The notes below the pieces were generated by a model. It worked only from the letters and a program-made list of their open reading frames with translations. It was not told the origin of the DNA and did not search any database. From Myxococcales bacterium (lineage in GTDB: Bacteria; Myxococcota_A; UBA9042), in contig JBBISH010000009.1 in the NCBI GenBank assembly GCA_037441385.1, positions 27,191 to 91,190 on the forward strand: a stretch of 64,000 nucleotides of DNA, in the 5' to 3' direction. Made by a program: the position numbers and the translations under genes. Below, in pieces: positions 36,747-49,490 of this stretch; position 1 is the first letter of the stretch; every line of letters begins with the position of its first letter.

Positions 36747-39107
36747 CTACCAAGTAATTTTGCGGAACGTGCCGTCCCAAGCGCCGGCTACCACCAGGTT
36801 GCCCTCGTCGGCAAAGCGGACTTGCTTGACGCCCGTGCGGAAGTCGCGGCGTTCGGCGCGCAGCTCGCCACTTAGGATATGGAAGACCCGCACGACTCGG
36901 TCGTCGCCCGCGGTGGCCACCAAATTGCCGCCGCGATCCACGGCCACGCCGGCGATGATGTCGTCGTGAGCCTTGATCTCCAAGGCGGTGTCGCCCGTGC
37001 GGCCGTACCAGACGTGCAGCTTGCCGTCCCAGCCGCCGCTGGCCACCATCTGGCCCAACGCGTTGACGGCGACTGAGCCAACCGCGCCCTCGTGCGCCCG
37101 CGCCGTCAGCCGCGCGCCGCCGCCCACCGGATCCCAGGTGCGGACGACGCCGTCTTCGCTCGCCGTGACGACCAAGCGCTTGGAGCCGGCGCTCGCCACC
37201 GCCGTGATGGCGTCGCGATGGCCACGCAGGGTGCGGCGCAAGGTCATGTCGGGTAGCTCGTACAGGTGCACGCCGCCGTCGCCGCAGCCGACCACCAGCA
37301 GCTTGCCGTCCGAGGCGATCGACACCGCGCTTGGGCTGGCCTCTAGCAAGACCTCTTGCAGCATGCGGCCCGTGGCCACTTCCCACAGCCGCAGCACGCC
37401 GTCGATCGACGCCGACACCACCAAGCGGCCGTCGGGCGTCGCGGCCACGCCCTCGACCAAGTTGTCGTGGGCCCCAATGTCCACCACGTCGACCAGATCC
37501 AGCACGGACACCGGCTGCGATCCCAGGTCGCCCAAATTGCTGATATGCAAATGGTGATTCGGGTCGGCGTAGATCACGTGCTGCATGTCGTGGCCGATGT
37601 GCAGCGACTCGACCTGCCGGCGCGGTTGCTGCACGGCGGGTACCAGCGGTCGCGTCAGTTGGCCCGCCAGCCCAGCGCCCCACAACCCTTGCGAATTGCT
37701 GGGCGGCAGGCCGCCGAACCCGCCGCCCAGACCCATTTGCGCCAGCCGGCTCAAGCTCTGCCCCAGATCGCCGGGCATGGCGCGCGCCAGCAGCGGGTCC
37801 AGCACCGCGCGCCCCTCGAGCAAATCGTCGACCACAAGCGGATCCGGGCGCGGTCGTGGCGGCGGTCGCGTCTGGTCAAAGCGGGGCGCGATGGGCATTT
37901 TCGAGCCCATGTCCTCGTCGGCTTCGTCGCCACCGATCGCCGCACCGATCTGCATGAACCCGCCGTCGTCGTCGTCAAACGCGGGCACGGGTGCGGCCAC
38001 GGTGTCGCCGGCCAAGTGGCGGTCGTCGATCGGCACGCGCGCCGCGATGGCTACGCGGGGCGTCGGCGCAGGTGTGGGGGCCGGCGTGGCTTGGGCGCGG
38101 GCCTCGGCGGCCGCCGCAAGGCCACTGGGAACCCGGTAGCTTGCGGTCGCGCCGCTCTTGACGCCCACGGCTGCCTCAAGCGCGACGCGAAAGTCGTTGG
38201 CCGACTGCCAGCGGTCCTCGGGTCGCTTGGCCAGGGCGCGCTCGACCGCCGCGGCCAACGCCGGCCGAACCCGCCCGGGCGCCCGCAGCGCGATGGGCTC
38301 GGGTTCCTCGGTCACGTGACGCATGACGATCGCCAGCGGGCTCTCGGCATCAAATACCAGCGAACCGGTCAAACACTCGTACAGGACCACGCCTAGCGAA
38401 TACAGGTCGCTGCGGCCATCCACGTCGCGGCCCATGGCCTGCTCGGGGCTCATGTGCGTCGGCGTGCCCAGCGCCTTGCCGGCCTGGGTCATGGTGGCGT
38501 CGTGCGTCTTGACGATGCCAAAATCCAGAACCTTGACGATGGCTTCGCCGCCGGCCATCTGGTGCAAGAAGATGTTGGCCGGCTTCATGTCGCGGTGCAC
38601 CAGCCCCAGCGCGTGCGCTTCGGCCAAGCTGCGCAAGACCGCGGTGCCCACGTCAACCGCCTGATTTTCGCCCAAGGTCTCGCCCTGCTCGCGGGCGCGG
38701 TTTAGCACGGTCTGCAGCGTGTCGCCAGAGAGGCGCTCCATGGCCAAGAAGAGCTCACCCGAATCCGTTTGACCAAAATCGAACACGCGCACGGTGTTGG
38801 GATGCGTCAGGCGCGAGGTGGTCGCGGCTTCTTGAAAAAAGCGCCGCGCCATCTCTTGGCCCTCGGCACCGCCCGCGGCCTTGAGCACCTTGACCGCGAC
38901 CGGATGGCCGGTGGTGACGTGCACGGAGTCAAAAACGGTGCCAAACCCGCCACTTCCAAGCTCGCCCAACACGCGATAGCGGCCGCCAATCACGTCGCCC
39001 ACGGCCACCGAGTCGTGCGAAGCCGCCATCTGACGCACGGTGGGCGTGCCGTCGTTGGGGCAGGTGAGCTGAGTGGTGGTGGTCCCGCAGCGCGGACAGT
39101 AGCGCAT
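36747..39107 (-). CDS. Ser/Thr kinase with an N-terminal Zn-ribbon-like motif and C-terminal WD40 repeats
   Basis: CPRCG...CPNDG, HRDMKPAN, DFG and SPE motifs, then GH...DG.VRTWD-type repeats. Confidence 0.88.
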   Translation of the reverse strand: MRYCPRCGTTTTQLTCPNDGTPTVRQMAASHDSVAVGDVIGGRYRVLGELGSGGFGTVFDSVHVTTGHPVAVKVLKAAGGAEGQEMARRFFQEAATTSRLTHPNTVRVFDFGQTDSGELFLAMERLSGDTLQTVLNRAREQGETLGENQAVDVGTAVLRSLAEAHALGLVHRDMKPANIFLHQMAGGEAIVKVLDFGIVKTHDATMTQAGKALGTPTHMSPEQAMGRDVDGRSDLYSLGVVLYECLTGSLVFDAESPLAIVMRHVTEEPEPIALRAPGRVRPALAAAVERALAKRPEDRWQSANDFRVALEAAVGVKSGATASYRVPSGLAAAAEARAQATPAPTPAPTPRVAIAARVPIDDRHLAGDTVAAPVPAFDDDDGGFMQIGAAIGGDEADEDMGSKMPIAPRFDQTRPPPRPRPDPLVVDDLLEGRAVLDPLLARAMPGDLGQSLSRLAQMGLGGGFGGLPPSNSQGLWGAGLAGQLTRPLVPAVQQPRRQVESLHIGHDMQHVIYADPNHHLHISNLGDLGSQPVSVLDLVDVVDIGAHDNLVEGVAATPDGRLVVSASIDGVLRLWEVATGRMLQEVLLEASPSAVSIASDGKLLVVGCGDGGVHLYELPDMTLRRTLRGHRDAITAVASAGSKRLVVTASEDGVVRTWDPVGGGARLTARAHEGAVGSVAVNALGQMVASGGWDGKLHVWYGRTGDTALEIKAHDDIIAGVAVDRGGNLVATAGDDRVVRVFHILSGELRAERRDFRTGVKQVRFADEGNLVVAGAWDGTFRKITW

Positions 39108-39231
39108 GGCGCCCGTCGTGCAGCACAAGCCGCAGCCGCAGCATCCCGCGCGCGCTGGCAGGCGTCAAGGACGGTCGGGCGCGCCGGGGCAAGCCGTACG
39201 GCAGGATTGCGTGGCGCGGCCCAGGGTTGAG

Positions 39232-41868
39232 CTACGGCCCGCCGCAGGTCCGCGTCAAGCTGATGTCGTCCAGATAGACGCCTTCGCTGGTGTTGGCGAT
39301 CCCGTCGACCGTGTCAAAACGCAGCATGATGCTTACGGTCTTGCCCGCATAGGCCGCCAAGTCCACCGTGATCTGCTGCCAGGTTTGCATCTGCACGGGC
39401 GGGCTGACCTGCGACTTGTCCCACACCACCTTGGCCGCCGAGCCCACTTCCGTCACCTGCACGGTCAGGTTGTCGTAGGTGCCGCTCTCGGTGTCCATCC
39501 ACAGCCAGAACGTCAAAGTCAGTTTCTCGCCCGTGGGGAGCGCATAGGTGGAGCCCAAACTCACGTCGCCCTTGGTCTGTTGGCTGTTGTCGTCAAAGTT
39601 GCCGGTCGCCGGGTTGCCGTAGTACAGGGCGCCGGTGCCGCTGTGGGCCTTCTTGCCGGTGACGGCCTGCCATTTGACGGTCGCGCTGGTGCCCGCGGTG
39701 GTCAGGGTGGCCGGCACGCCCAGCTCAAAGTCGGTGCTGAACAGATTGGGATCGCAGCACTCGGGCTTGATGATCTTGGTCCAAACGCACTTGCCTGCGG
39801 TGCACGCGTCGGTGGTGCACAAGTCGTCGCCGTCGTTGCAGTCTGCGGCGGTGACACAGCAGATGTTCTTGTGGCCGCACTGGTTCTTGCTGCACGAATC
39901 CACGGTGCAGTCGTCGCTGTCGCCGCAGTCCTTCACCGATTCGCAGCAGTTGCCGTCGGTCTGGGTGTGCTGGCAGGGCATGCCGACCTTGGGGCACAAG
40001 TCTTGCGTGCAGACCTTGCCGTCGTTGCAGTCGGCCGCGGTGTTGCAGCAAACGTCGCCGGGCAGCAGGGTGTGCTGGCACTGGTTGCCGCCGTTGCACA
40101 AATCCGTCGTGCAGGGGTTGTAGTCGTCGCACTCAGCCTGGTTGTGGCAGCAGTTGCCCACTTTGAGGTGCAAACACGCAAAGCTAGAGCACACGTCGGT
40201 GGTGCAAACATCGTTGTCGTTGCAGACTGCCGAATTGTTCTCGCAGTAGTCTTTGGACGGTGCGTAGTTGCACAGGCCGCCGCTGCAGGTATCGGCGGTG
40301 GCGCCCAAGTTGTCGTTGCAGGGGCCAGGGCCCGTCTCGGCGCTGGCGCAGATCCTTGGCTTGCAAGTGCTCGTCACCACAAGGTTGTCCAGCCACCAAC
40401 CGTTGACCGAACCCTTGGCGCCCGTCACTTCGAACCACAGCTGCACGGTGCGCGTGCTGGCGCGGCCGGCAAGGCCCGTCAAGTCCAGCGACGCCGTGGC
40501 CCAACTGCCGGTGCTGGCGCCCTGCCACAAGAGCCAGCTTCCGGCCGCGGTGACCGCGCGCAGTCGCACCTGGTCGCCAGTACCCAGCGTGCCCGAATAC
40601 TGGAACGTCAGCTTGCTCTCTACGCCAATGGGGAGCGTGATCGCCTGCAGCCGCGCTTGGGCCAGCGAGCCGCCGCCTGGGACGCCGCCCGTCACCGCCG
40701 CAAAGCGCAGCCCGCCGCCCGACTTGCCGCCGCTGGACTGCACCATCCAGCTGGCCGATTTGGACGGCACCAGCGCGGTCGGCCAAGTGGGCTCGCCATC
40801 AAAATCCTCTGCTGCCACCTCTGGTTTGCAGCAGCTCGCCGGCGCCTTGCCCGAACCATCGGTGGTCACAGCCACCACGCCGCAGCTGGCATCAGTGCAC
40901 GTGGCAGCGGCGCAGAGTTCGGCGCCAGCAACCAGGCCATTGCAGTCCTTGCCCTTGCTGCAGCAAATCGGCTCGTGGTCGCAGGTGTTGGCCTGGCAAT
41001 GGTCCGCCGTGCAGGCCACGCCGTCGTCGCAGTCCAAGTCGGCCACGCAGCAGCCGGCCTTGGCGAGCGGTTTGTGGCTGCAGGTGCCGTTGCCCTTTTG
41101 GCATTGGTCCTCGGTGCAGGCATTGCCGTCGTCGCAGTCGGCGTCTTTGGCACAGCAGCCGTAGACGGGCTGGGTCTGGCACTGTCCGGCGGTGCAGGTG
41201 TGGGCGGTGCAGGCGTCGCCATCCTCGCAATCCCCAGCGAGTTCGCAGCATTTGGCGCCATCGGGCTTGGCGTTGACGCAGCCCTTGCTGGGGTCACAGC
41301 TGTCGGCGGTGCAGGTGACGCCGTCGTCGCAGTTCAGGGTGCTGTGCTGGCAACCGCCGCCGGGGGTGCAGCCGTCGGCCGTGCACAGGTTACCGTCGCT
41401 GCAGTCCGTGGGGGCGAACAGGCACCCTTCGCCGGCGGCGCAAGTGCCGGTCGTGCAAGCATTGCCGTCGTCGCAGTCCTCTGGCAGGTGCTGGCACTCG
41501 CCCGTGCCAACGTCGCAAGCGTCGATGGTGCAAGGATCGCCGTCCGCGCAGTCGCGAACCACGGCCGTGCAGCCAGTGACGGGGTCACAGCCATCGGTCG
41601 TGCAGGGGTTGCCGTCGTCGCAGACTTGCGGGCCGGCAGCGCACTGCTTGGCGTAGGGGCCCACGGTGTCGGTTTTCACAGTGACCGAGCCGACGTCCAG
41701 GAACATCGTGTCTCTAGCCGTGTCGACGGCAGCGTCGGCCTTGCTGGTGCTGATCGCAGCGGCCGGATCCACCACCCCGTCGCCGCAGCCCGCCAGCAGG
41801 CCAACGGCCAGCGCCGCCGCCCAGGCCAGACCAACGGCAGGCACGCGGAGAACATCACGTGGATTCAT
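39232..41868 (-). CDS. Cys-rich lipoprotein with CTDC-like repeats and two MAM/jelly-roll-like domains
   Basis: Lipobox LLAGC, repeated CDDGNxCT units, and domains ending GWWLDNLVV and GVYLDDISL. Confidence 0.8.
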   Translation of the reverse strand: MNPRDVLRVPAVGLAWAAALAVGLLAGCGDGVVDPAAAISTSKADAAVDTARDTMFLDVGSVTVKTDTVGPYAKQCAAGPQVCDDGNPCTTDGCDPVTGCTAVVRDCADGDPCTIDACDVGTGECQHLPEDCDDGNACTTGTCAAGEGCLFAPTDCSDGNLCTADGCTPGGGCQHSTLNCDDGVTCTADSCDPSKGCVNAKPDGAKCCELAGDCEDGDACTAHTCTAGQCQTQPVYGCCAKDADCDDGNACTEDQCQKGNGTCSHKPLAKAGCCVADLDCDDGVACTADHCQANTCDHEPICCSKGKDCNGLVAGAELCAAATCTDASCGVVAVTTDGSGKAPASCCKPEVAAEDFDGEPTWPTALVPSKSASWMVQSSGGKSGGGLRFAAVTGGVPGGGSLAQARLQAITLPIGVESKLTFQYSGTLGTGDQVRLRAVTAAGSWLLWQGASTGSWATASLDLTGLAGRASTRTVQLWFEVTGAKGSVNGWWLDNLVVTSTCKPRICASAETGPGPCNDNLGATADTCSGGLCNYAPSKDYCENNSAVCNDNDVCTTDVCSSFACLHLKVGNCCHNQAECDDYNPCTTDLCNGGNQCQHTLLPGDVCCNTAADCNDGKVCTQDLCPKVGMPCQHTQTDGNCCESVKDCGDSDDCTVDSCSKNQCGHKNICCVTAADCNDGDDLCTTDACTAGKCVWTKIIKPECCDPNLFSTDFELGVPATLTTAGTSATVKWQAVTGKKAHSGTGALYYGNPATGNFDDNSQQTKGDVSLGSTYALPTGEKLTLTFWLWMDTESGTYDNLTVQVTEVGSAAKVVWDKSQVSPPVQMQTWQQITVDLAAYAGKTVSIMLRFDTVDGIANTSEGVYLDDISLTRTCGGP

Positions 41869-42035
41869 CAGGCCAGCAGATAGACGGGCGGCAAGTCGGC
41901 GCATTGCCGCAGCATAGCGGTCAACGCACACGCCGTGCAAGCGGCGACGTGGGCCAAAATCCACCAGCGAAATTGGCCCCGGCCGTCGATTTGGGATGCA
42001 AATCAAGGCGCAAGAAGCGGAGCGACTGAGGCGAC

Positions 42036-43817
42036 CTAGAGGTCGCCGAAGGGAGAGTAGTGACGCAGCAACGCGGAGTTGCGCCCAAAGCGGCGGATCG
42101 GGGTGGGCGTGCGCCGGCTCGCGACCACTGCCAGCGCCAACAGCAGCCCCAGCCACCAACTGTGCGGTCCAGGCTGCGGTTGCGCCGAGCACGTGGTCTG
42201 CGAGCTATCCAGGCACGGTTTCTCGTCCACTTGGCCGTCGCAGTCGTCGTCGACCTGATTGCCACAGACCTCGTTGGCCAAGGGTTTCAGGGGCTGGGCG
42301 CTGCAGACCACCGAATGCTTGTCGGCGCTGCACACCGACTTGCCGTTGACTTTGCAGATACCTACGCCGCTGGTGCAGGCACTGCCTACGGCGACAAAAT
42401 CCTCGTCAGTCTGCCCGTCGCAGTCGTTGTCTAGCGCGTCGCCGCAAATCTCGGCCGCGCCCACGATGGTCTCGCCCTTGCATTCCACCGTGCCGTCTAC
42501 GGCGCAAACCCGCGCACCTGGCCGGGCGCAAACGCCTTTGCCGCGCGTGCAGGTGCCGCCCAGGCCCAGGTCTTCGTCGGTCTGGCCGTCGCAATCGTTG
42601 TCCAGGCCATCGCAGCGGGTCTCGGTGGGCTGGTACGACAGGGGCATCGCGCAACCCAAGACGCCGCCGTCGCACGCCGGTTTGGCCAGCGCGCACACAC
42701 CGGTCGACGTGCACTGATTGGGCAGCGACACCACGTCGTCGGTCAGGCCGTTGCAGTCGTCGTCCTTGCCGTTGCACTCCTCGGGGGGCGCGGTGCCGCA
42801 GTTGCCGCAAGCGTTGGTCAGTCCCTCGTCGGTCAAGCCGTCGCAGTCGTTGTCCTGGTTGTCGCACAGCGACTCGGTGACCGGCTCGTATCCGGCCGGC
42901 ATGGCGCAGGCAAAACCGGCCGCGCCGTAGCAGACGGGCACCGCGCCAGCGCAGAGACCCATCGACGGGCAAGTACCCAGTGGCACGGCCGGCGAGTCAT
43001 CGGTCAGGCCGTTGCAGTCGTCGTCCTGGCCGTTGCACAACTCGACGGCGCCGGGGAACACGGCTTTGTTCTTGTCGTCGCAGTCTGGCTCCGCCCCTGG
43101 CCCGGCCACCGACGGCACCCCGTCGCCATCCAAGTCGCAAGCTTGATTGGGCTTTCCCGGAGTACCCAGGGTCTTCAGCGCGCCATTGGGATCGGGCTTG
43201 GGGGCGCACCAATTGCTGGGATCGTCGTTGGCGCACGGCGAGGTCTGCGCAGGGTCCAACCCCCAGGTCGCGCCCGCTTTGCTGCCGCTGCACATGTCGC
43301 AGCTGAGGCTGTCGATCAGACCCGCCGGCCCCTCCAAGCTCAGTTTGACTCCGCACGGAGCGATGAATTCGGCCCCCAAATCGATAACTTTCAGCTTGAG
43401 AAGCGCCAGGGCCGGGCCAGCTGGCACCCAGCCAAAGGCCACATGCTCGCCGGCGGGCAGCTCGTCGACGAGCTCGCCCAGGTCAAACGACAGCAATTCC
43501 GGCGGCGGCTTGTTGCCCGGAAGGGGCGGCAGCTTGACCACCAAGTGGACGCCGTTGAGCGAAATCGCGTAGCTGCCCGGATTGGCGATCTCGATCCAGC
43601 GCGGTTGCTCCAGACTGCCCACCGAAAACTCGGTGAACGCCAGCGTATTGGGCGGAGGTGGGCAACCACCGCTCGGCGTCGCCGCCCCGGCCCACGCCCA
43701 CTGCGGCGCCAAGAGCCCCGCCAACAGCACCGCCAATGGAGCCAACCTAGCCGCCAACCAGGCGACTGGGCGACGGCGGACTGGGATGGCGGTGGGTTGG
43801 GAAGCGGGGGGGCGCAT
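42036..43817 (-). CDS. Surface protein with a lamin-tail-like domain, ExCNGxDDDCNG (MopE-like) repeats and a MYXO-CTERM-like tail
   Basis: FTEF...WIEIAN...GTPGKPN, repeated ELCNGQDDDCNGLTD, C-terminal CSA...WWLGLLLALAVVASRR. The start codon is uncertain. Confidence 0.78.
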   Translation of the reverse strand: MRPPASQPTAIPVRRRPVAWLAARLAPLAVLLAGLLAPQWAWAGAATPSGGCPPPPNTLAFTEFSVGSLEQPRWIEIANPGSYAISLNGVHLVVKLPPLPGNKPPPELLSFDLGELVDELPAGEHVAFGWVPAGPALALLKLKVIDLGAEFIAPCGVKLSLEGPAGLIDSLSCDMCSGSKAGATWGLDPAQTSPCANDDPSNWCAPKPDPNGALKTLGTPGKPNQACDLDGDGVPSVAGPGAEPDCDDKNKAVFPGAVELCNGQDDDCNGLTDDSPAVPLGTCPSMGLCAGAVPVCYGAAGFACAMPAGYEPVTESLCDNQDNDCDGLTDEGLTNACGNCGTAPPEECNGKDDDCNGLTDDVVSLPNQCTSTGVCALAKPACDGGVLGCAMPLSYQPTETRCDGLDNDCDGQTDEDLGLGGTCTRGKGVCARPGARVCAVDGTVECKGETIVGAAEICGDALDNDCDGQTDEDFVAVGSACTSGVGICKVNGKSVCSADKHSVVCSAQPLKPLANEVCGNQVDDDCDGQVDEKPCLDSSQTTCSAQPQPGPHSWWLGLLLALAVVASRRTPTPIRRFGRNSALLRHYSPFGDL

Positions 43818-43901
43818 AAACGCAAGGATACGAACGCTCGTGAGTTGCGCCACATTTTGCACCACCAACCATGACATCGCTGTCATGGTGCGGCGCCGAT
43901 G

Positions 43902-45461
<1,560 letters not shown>

Positions 45462-45544
45462 GTGAACTCCAAGATGACCGATGGGCAGCGCCGGGAATCC
45501 CTGCGCGGTGTGCCGGTTTACCACAAGCGTCGCGGAAGTTCCGC

Positions 45545-45573
45545 TTGGCCACGCCACATTTTTTCGGCATACT
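45545..45573 (+). promoter_or_regulatory. Putative sigma70 promoter of ahcY
   Basis: TTGGCC-N17-CATACT. Confidence 0.5.
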
Positions 45574-45584
45574 ACTGTGCCCTC

Positions 45585-45632
45585 GCGCCGCGGGCGCCTG
45601 GGCCGCTCCAGGCCAACGGCAGGCCGCCCACC
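45585..45632 (+). ncRNA. Candidate SAH-riboswitch-like pseudoknot in the ahcY leader
   Basis: GCCG/CGGC stem, CCTGG/CCAGG hairpin and GGGCG/CGCCC pseudoknot pairing, between the promoter and the RBS. Confidence 0.5.
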
Positions 45633-45677
45633 AACCCGCAGTTCCCTTTTCCGGACATCCCCAATCAGGAGTTTCTC

Positions 45678-47036
<1,359 letters not shown>

Positions 47037-47129
47037 CCTTCTGGCTGGGACCGGGCCCGTGCGCGCTGCCCGCCGCGGGCCTGGTCCGGCTCGCTCTATC
47101 AAGAAAAGCCCAGAAAACAAGGAGCCCTG

Positions 47130-48422
47130 ATGTCGCAGCCCGCTTCCGAGTGGCTCGCGTCTGGCTTGGCGCCCATGCCGGCCGCGCTGCAGGGTTCGCC
47201 GATCTTGACCATCGCCGCCCAAGTGCGGTCGCTTGTGGCGGCCGGCAAAACCGTCTGCAACCTGACCATTGGCGATTTTGAGCCGGCTCAGTACCCGCTG
47301 CCGCGCAAGTTGCTCGAAGGGACCGCCCAGGCCATGCGCGACGGCTGGACCAACTATCCGCCAGCCGCGGGCATCCCCGAGCTGCGCGCGGCGGTACAGG
47401 CCCTGTGCGAGCGGCGGCTGGGATGGCGGCCCCAGCTCGACGCGGTGCTGATCGCTGGCGGCGCGCGGCCCGTGCTCTACACCTGCTACCTGGCGCTGGT
47501 CGCGCCTGGGGACAAGGTGGTCTACGCCACGCCGTCGTGGAACAACGACCACTACGCGCACATGGTCGGGGCGCGGGCGGTCGAGCTGCCCGTCCAGCCC
47601 GACGACAACTTCTTCCCCGCCTTTGCCCAGATCGCGCCGCACCTGGCCGATGCCCGGCTGATCGTCCTGAATTCGCCGCTCAATCCGGCGGGGACCTGCA
47701 TCGACGGCAGTGCGCTGCTGCAGCTGTGCCAGGCGATCGTCGCCGAAAACGAGCGCCGCCAAGCTGCCAACGAACGGCCGCTTTTCCTGTGCTTCGACCA
47801 GATCTACTGGATGCTGACCCACGGCGAGACCCGCCACGTCGATCCGGTGGGCCTGCTGCCGGCGATGGCCGACTACACGATTTACGTCGATGGCATCTCG
47901 AAGTGCTTTGCCTCCACAGGGTTGCGCGTAGGTTGGACGATCGCCCCGCCGCCCGTGGCCGACGCCATGAACAAACTGCTGGGCCACATCGGGGCCTGGG
48001 CGCCCAAGGCGGAACAGCGCGCCGTGTCGCAGCTTTTGGGCGACGACGACGCGATCGACGCCTACCTGCATTTCATCCGTCTGGCCGCGGGCGAGCGTTT
48101 GGCGCTGCTGCACGAGCGAATCACGGCCTTGGCGAAGCGCGGCTATCCGCTGCGCGCGCTGTTGCCGCAGGGCGCCATTTACCTCTCGGCCGAATTTGCC
48201 CTGGTGGGCTGGCGCGACGGCGACCGAATCCTGGGCAACGCCGAGGATGTGCGCGCCTGGCTGCTGAACGAAGCGGGCATCGCGACCGTTCCGTTCGCCG
48301 TCTTTGGCGCGCGGCACGCCGAGCACTGGCATCGCCTGTCGGTGGGCGCGGTGGGGCTGGGCGAACTGAGCGACGCCCTGGGCCGCCTAGACGCCGCGGC
48401 AGCTCGTTTGCAGCCGCCATAG
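47130..48422 (+). CDS. PLP-dependent aminotransferase, class I/II
   Basis: NSPLNPAG, DQIY and SKCFASTGLRVGW motifs. Confidence 0.9.
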   Translation: MSQPASEWLASGLAPMPAALQGSPILTIAAQVRSLVAAGKTVCNLTIGDFEPAQYPLPRKLLEGTAQAMRDGWTNYPPAAGIPELRAAVQALCERRLGWRPQLDAVLIAGGARPVLYTCYLALVAPGDKVVYATPSWNNDHYAHMVGARAVELPVQPDDNFFPAFAQIAPHLADARLIVLNSPLNPAGTCIDGSALLQLCQAIVAENERRQAANERPLFLCFDQIYWMLTHGETRHVDPVGLLPAMADYTIYVDGISKCFASTGLRVGWTIAPPPVADAMNKLLGHIGAWAPKAEQRAVSQLLGDDDAIDAYLHFIRLAAGERLALLHERITALAKRGYPLRALLPQGAIYLSAEFALVGWRDGDRILGNAEDVRAWLLNEAGIATVPFAVFGARHAEHWHRLSVGAVGLGELSDALGRLDAAAARLQPP

Positions 48423-48443
48423 GCAGGCACAAAGGACGCGCAC

Positions 48444-49490
48444 GTGTGGCTTTTTACGGGTCGTCACGAGTACGAAGCCGTGTTGGTGGCCGAGCTGGCC
48501 CGCATGGGCGCGGCCGCGCGCACGCTGATGCCGGGTCTGGTCGCGGCCGACTTGGGCAACGCGCCGACTGAACGCTGGGACCCCGTGTATGCGCTACAGG
48601 TTTTGCCGCAGGTCGGTCAGGTGCGCGGCGAGTCGATCCGCCAACTGGCGCAGACGGTGGCCGAGTGGTGCATGGCGCGTTGGCCCACCGGCAGCGGCCG
48701 CTTTGCGGTGCACGTACTGGTGCCTGGCCAGCTCAAGGGACAGCCGAATCCACAGATGCGGCGCCGGGCCGACCTGCTGCAGGCCGCGTTGCCCAAGGCT
48801 CTGATCGGCTTGCTTTCTGCTGCGCCGAGCCGGCAGGCCCCGGTGGATCGTCTTGTGCAAGTCTTGCTTACAGATCCAGAGGTTGCCTACGTGAGCGTGG
48901 CGCCGTTGCAGCCCGTGGGAGGGGCGATGTCCTGGCCCAGCCGCCTGCCTGCTGGCCTCGCCGATCCGCCTGACGAGCCCACGGCGCCGTCCTCGGCTTT
49001 TCGCAAGCTTCGCGAGGCGTTGGCGTGCATGGGCGAGGCGCCGGGACCGGGCGCGCAGACGGTGGATCTTGGTGCAAGTCCGGGCGGTTGGACCCACGTG
49101 CTGCGGCAACTGGGCGCCCAGGTCACAGCCGTGGACCGAGCTGAACTGGCTCCGAGGCTGATGACGGACAAATATGTCCAATTTGTAATGGCCGATGCCT
49201 TCGCCTGGCACCCACCGCAGCCGGTGGACTGGATCGTCAGCGACATCATCGCCTACCCGCAGCGCGTGCCGGAATTGCTGCGCGACTGGTGCGGCGAAGC
49301 GCGGGCTGATCGGCTGGTAGTTCAAATGAAGTTCAAGGGTTGTCCGGACTTCGACTTGATCGACGCGGCTCTGGAGGTGTGCCGCTCGGCCGACTACTTC
49401 GGCCGTGCAAAGCATTTTTTCAACGACAAACACGAGATCACCTTGATGGCCGGCCGCCGAGTCGCAACAATGGTGGCGGAGGCCGGATGA
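48444..49490 (+). CDS. rlmM: RlmM-like 23S rRNA 2'-O-methyltransferase
   Basis: APSSAFRKLREAL, VDLGASPGGWT, AVDR and DWIVSD motifs. Confidence 0.7.
   Translation: MWLFTGRHEYEAVLVAELARMGAAARTLMPGLVAADLGNAPTERWDPVYALQVLPQVGQVRGESIRQLAQTVAEWCMARWPTGSGRFAVHVLVPGQLKGQPNPQMRRRADLLQAALPKALIGLLSAAPSRQAPVDRLVQVLLTDPEVAYVSVAPLQPVGGAMSWPSRLPAGLADPPDEPTAPSSAFRKLREALACMGEAPGPGAQTVDLGASPGGWTHVLRQLGAQVTAVDRAELAPRLMTDKYVQFVMADAFAWHPPQPVDWIVSDIIAYPQRVPELLRDWCGEARADRLVVQMKFKGCPDFDLIDAALEVCRSADYFGRAKHFFNDKHEITLMAGRRVATMVAEAG

Noticed and set aside
45585..45605. ZTP (pfl) riboswitch, suggested by CGCCTGGGC
   Set aside because: The 5' GACTGGCG...GGGGAG aptamer part is absent. An SAH-like fold fits better.
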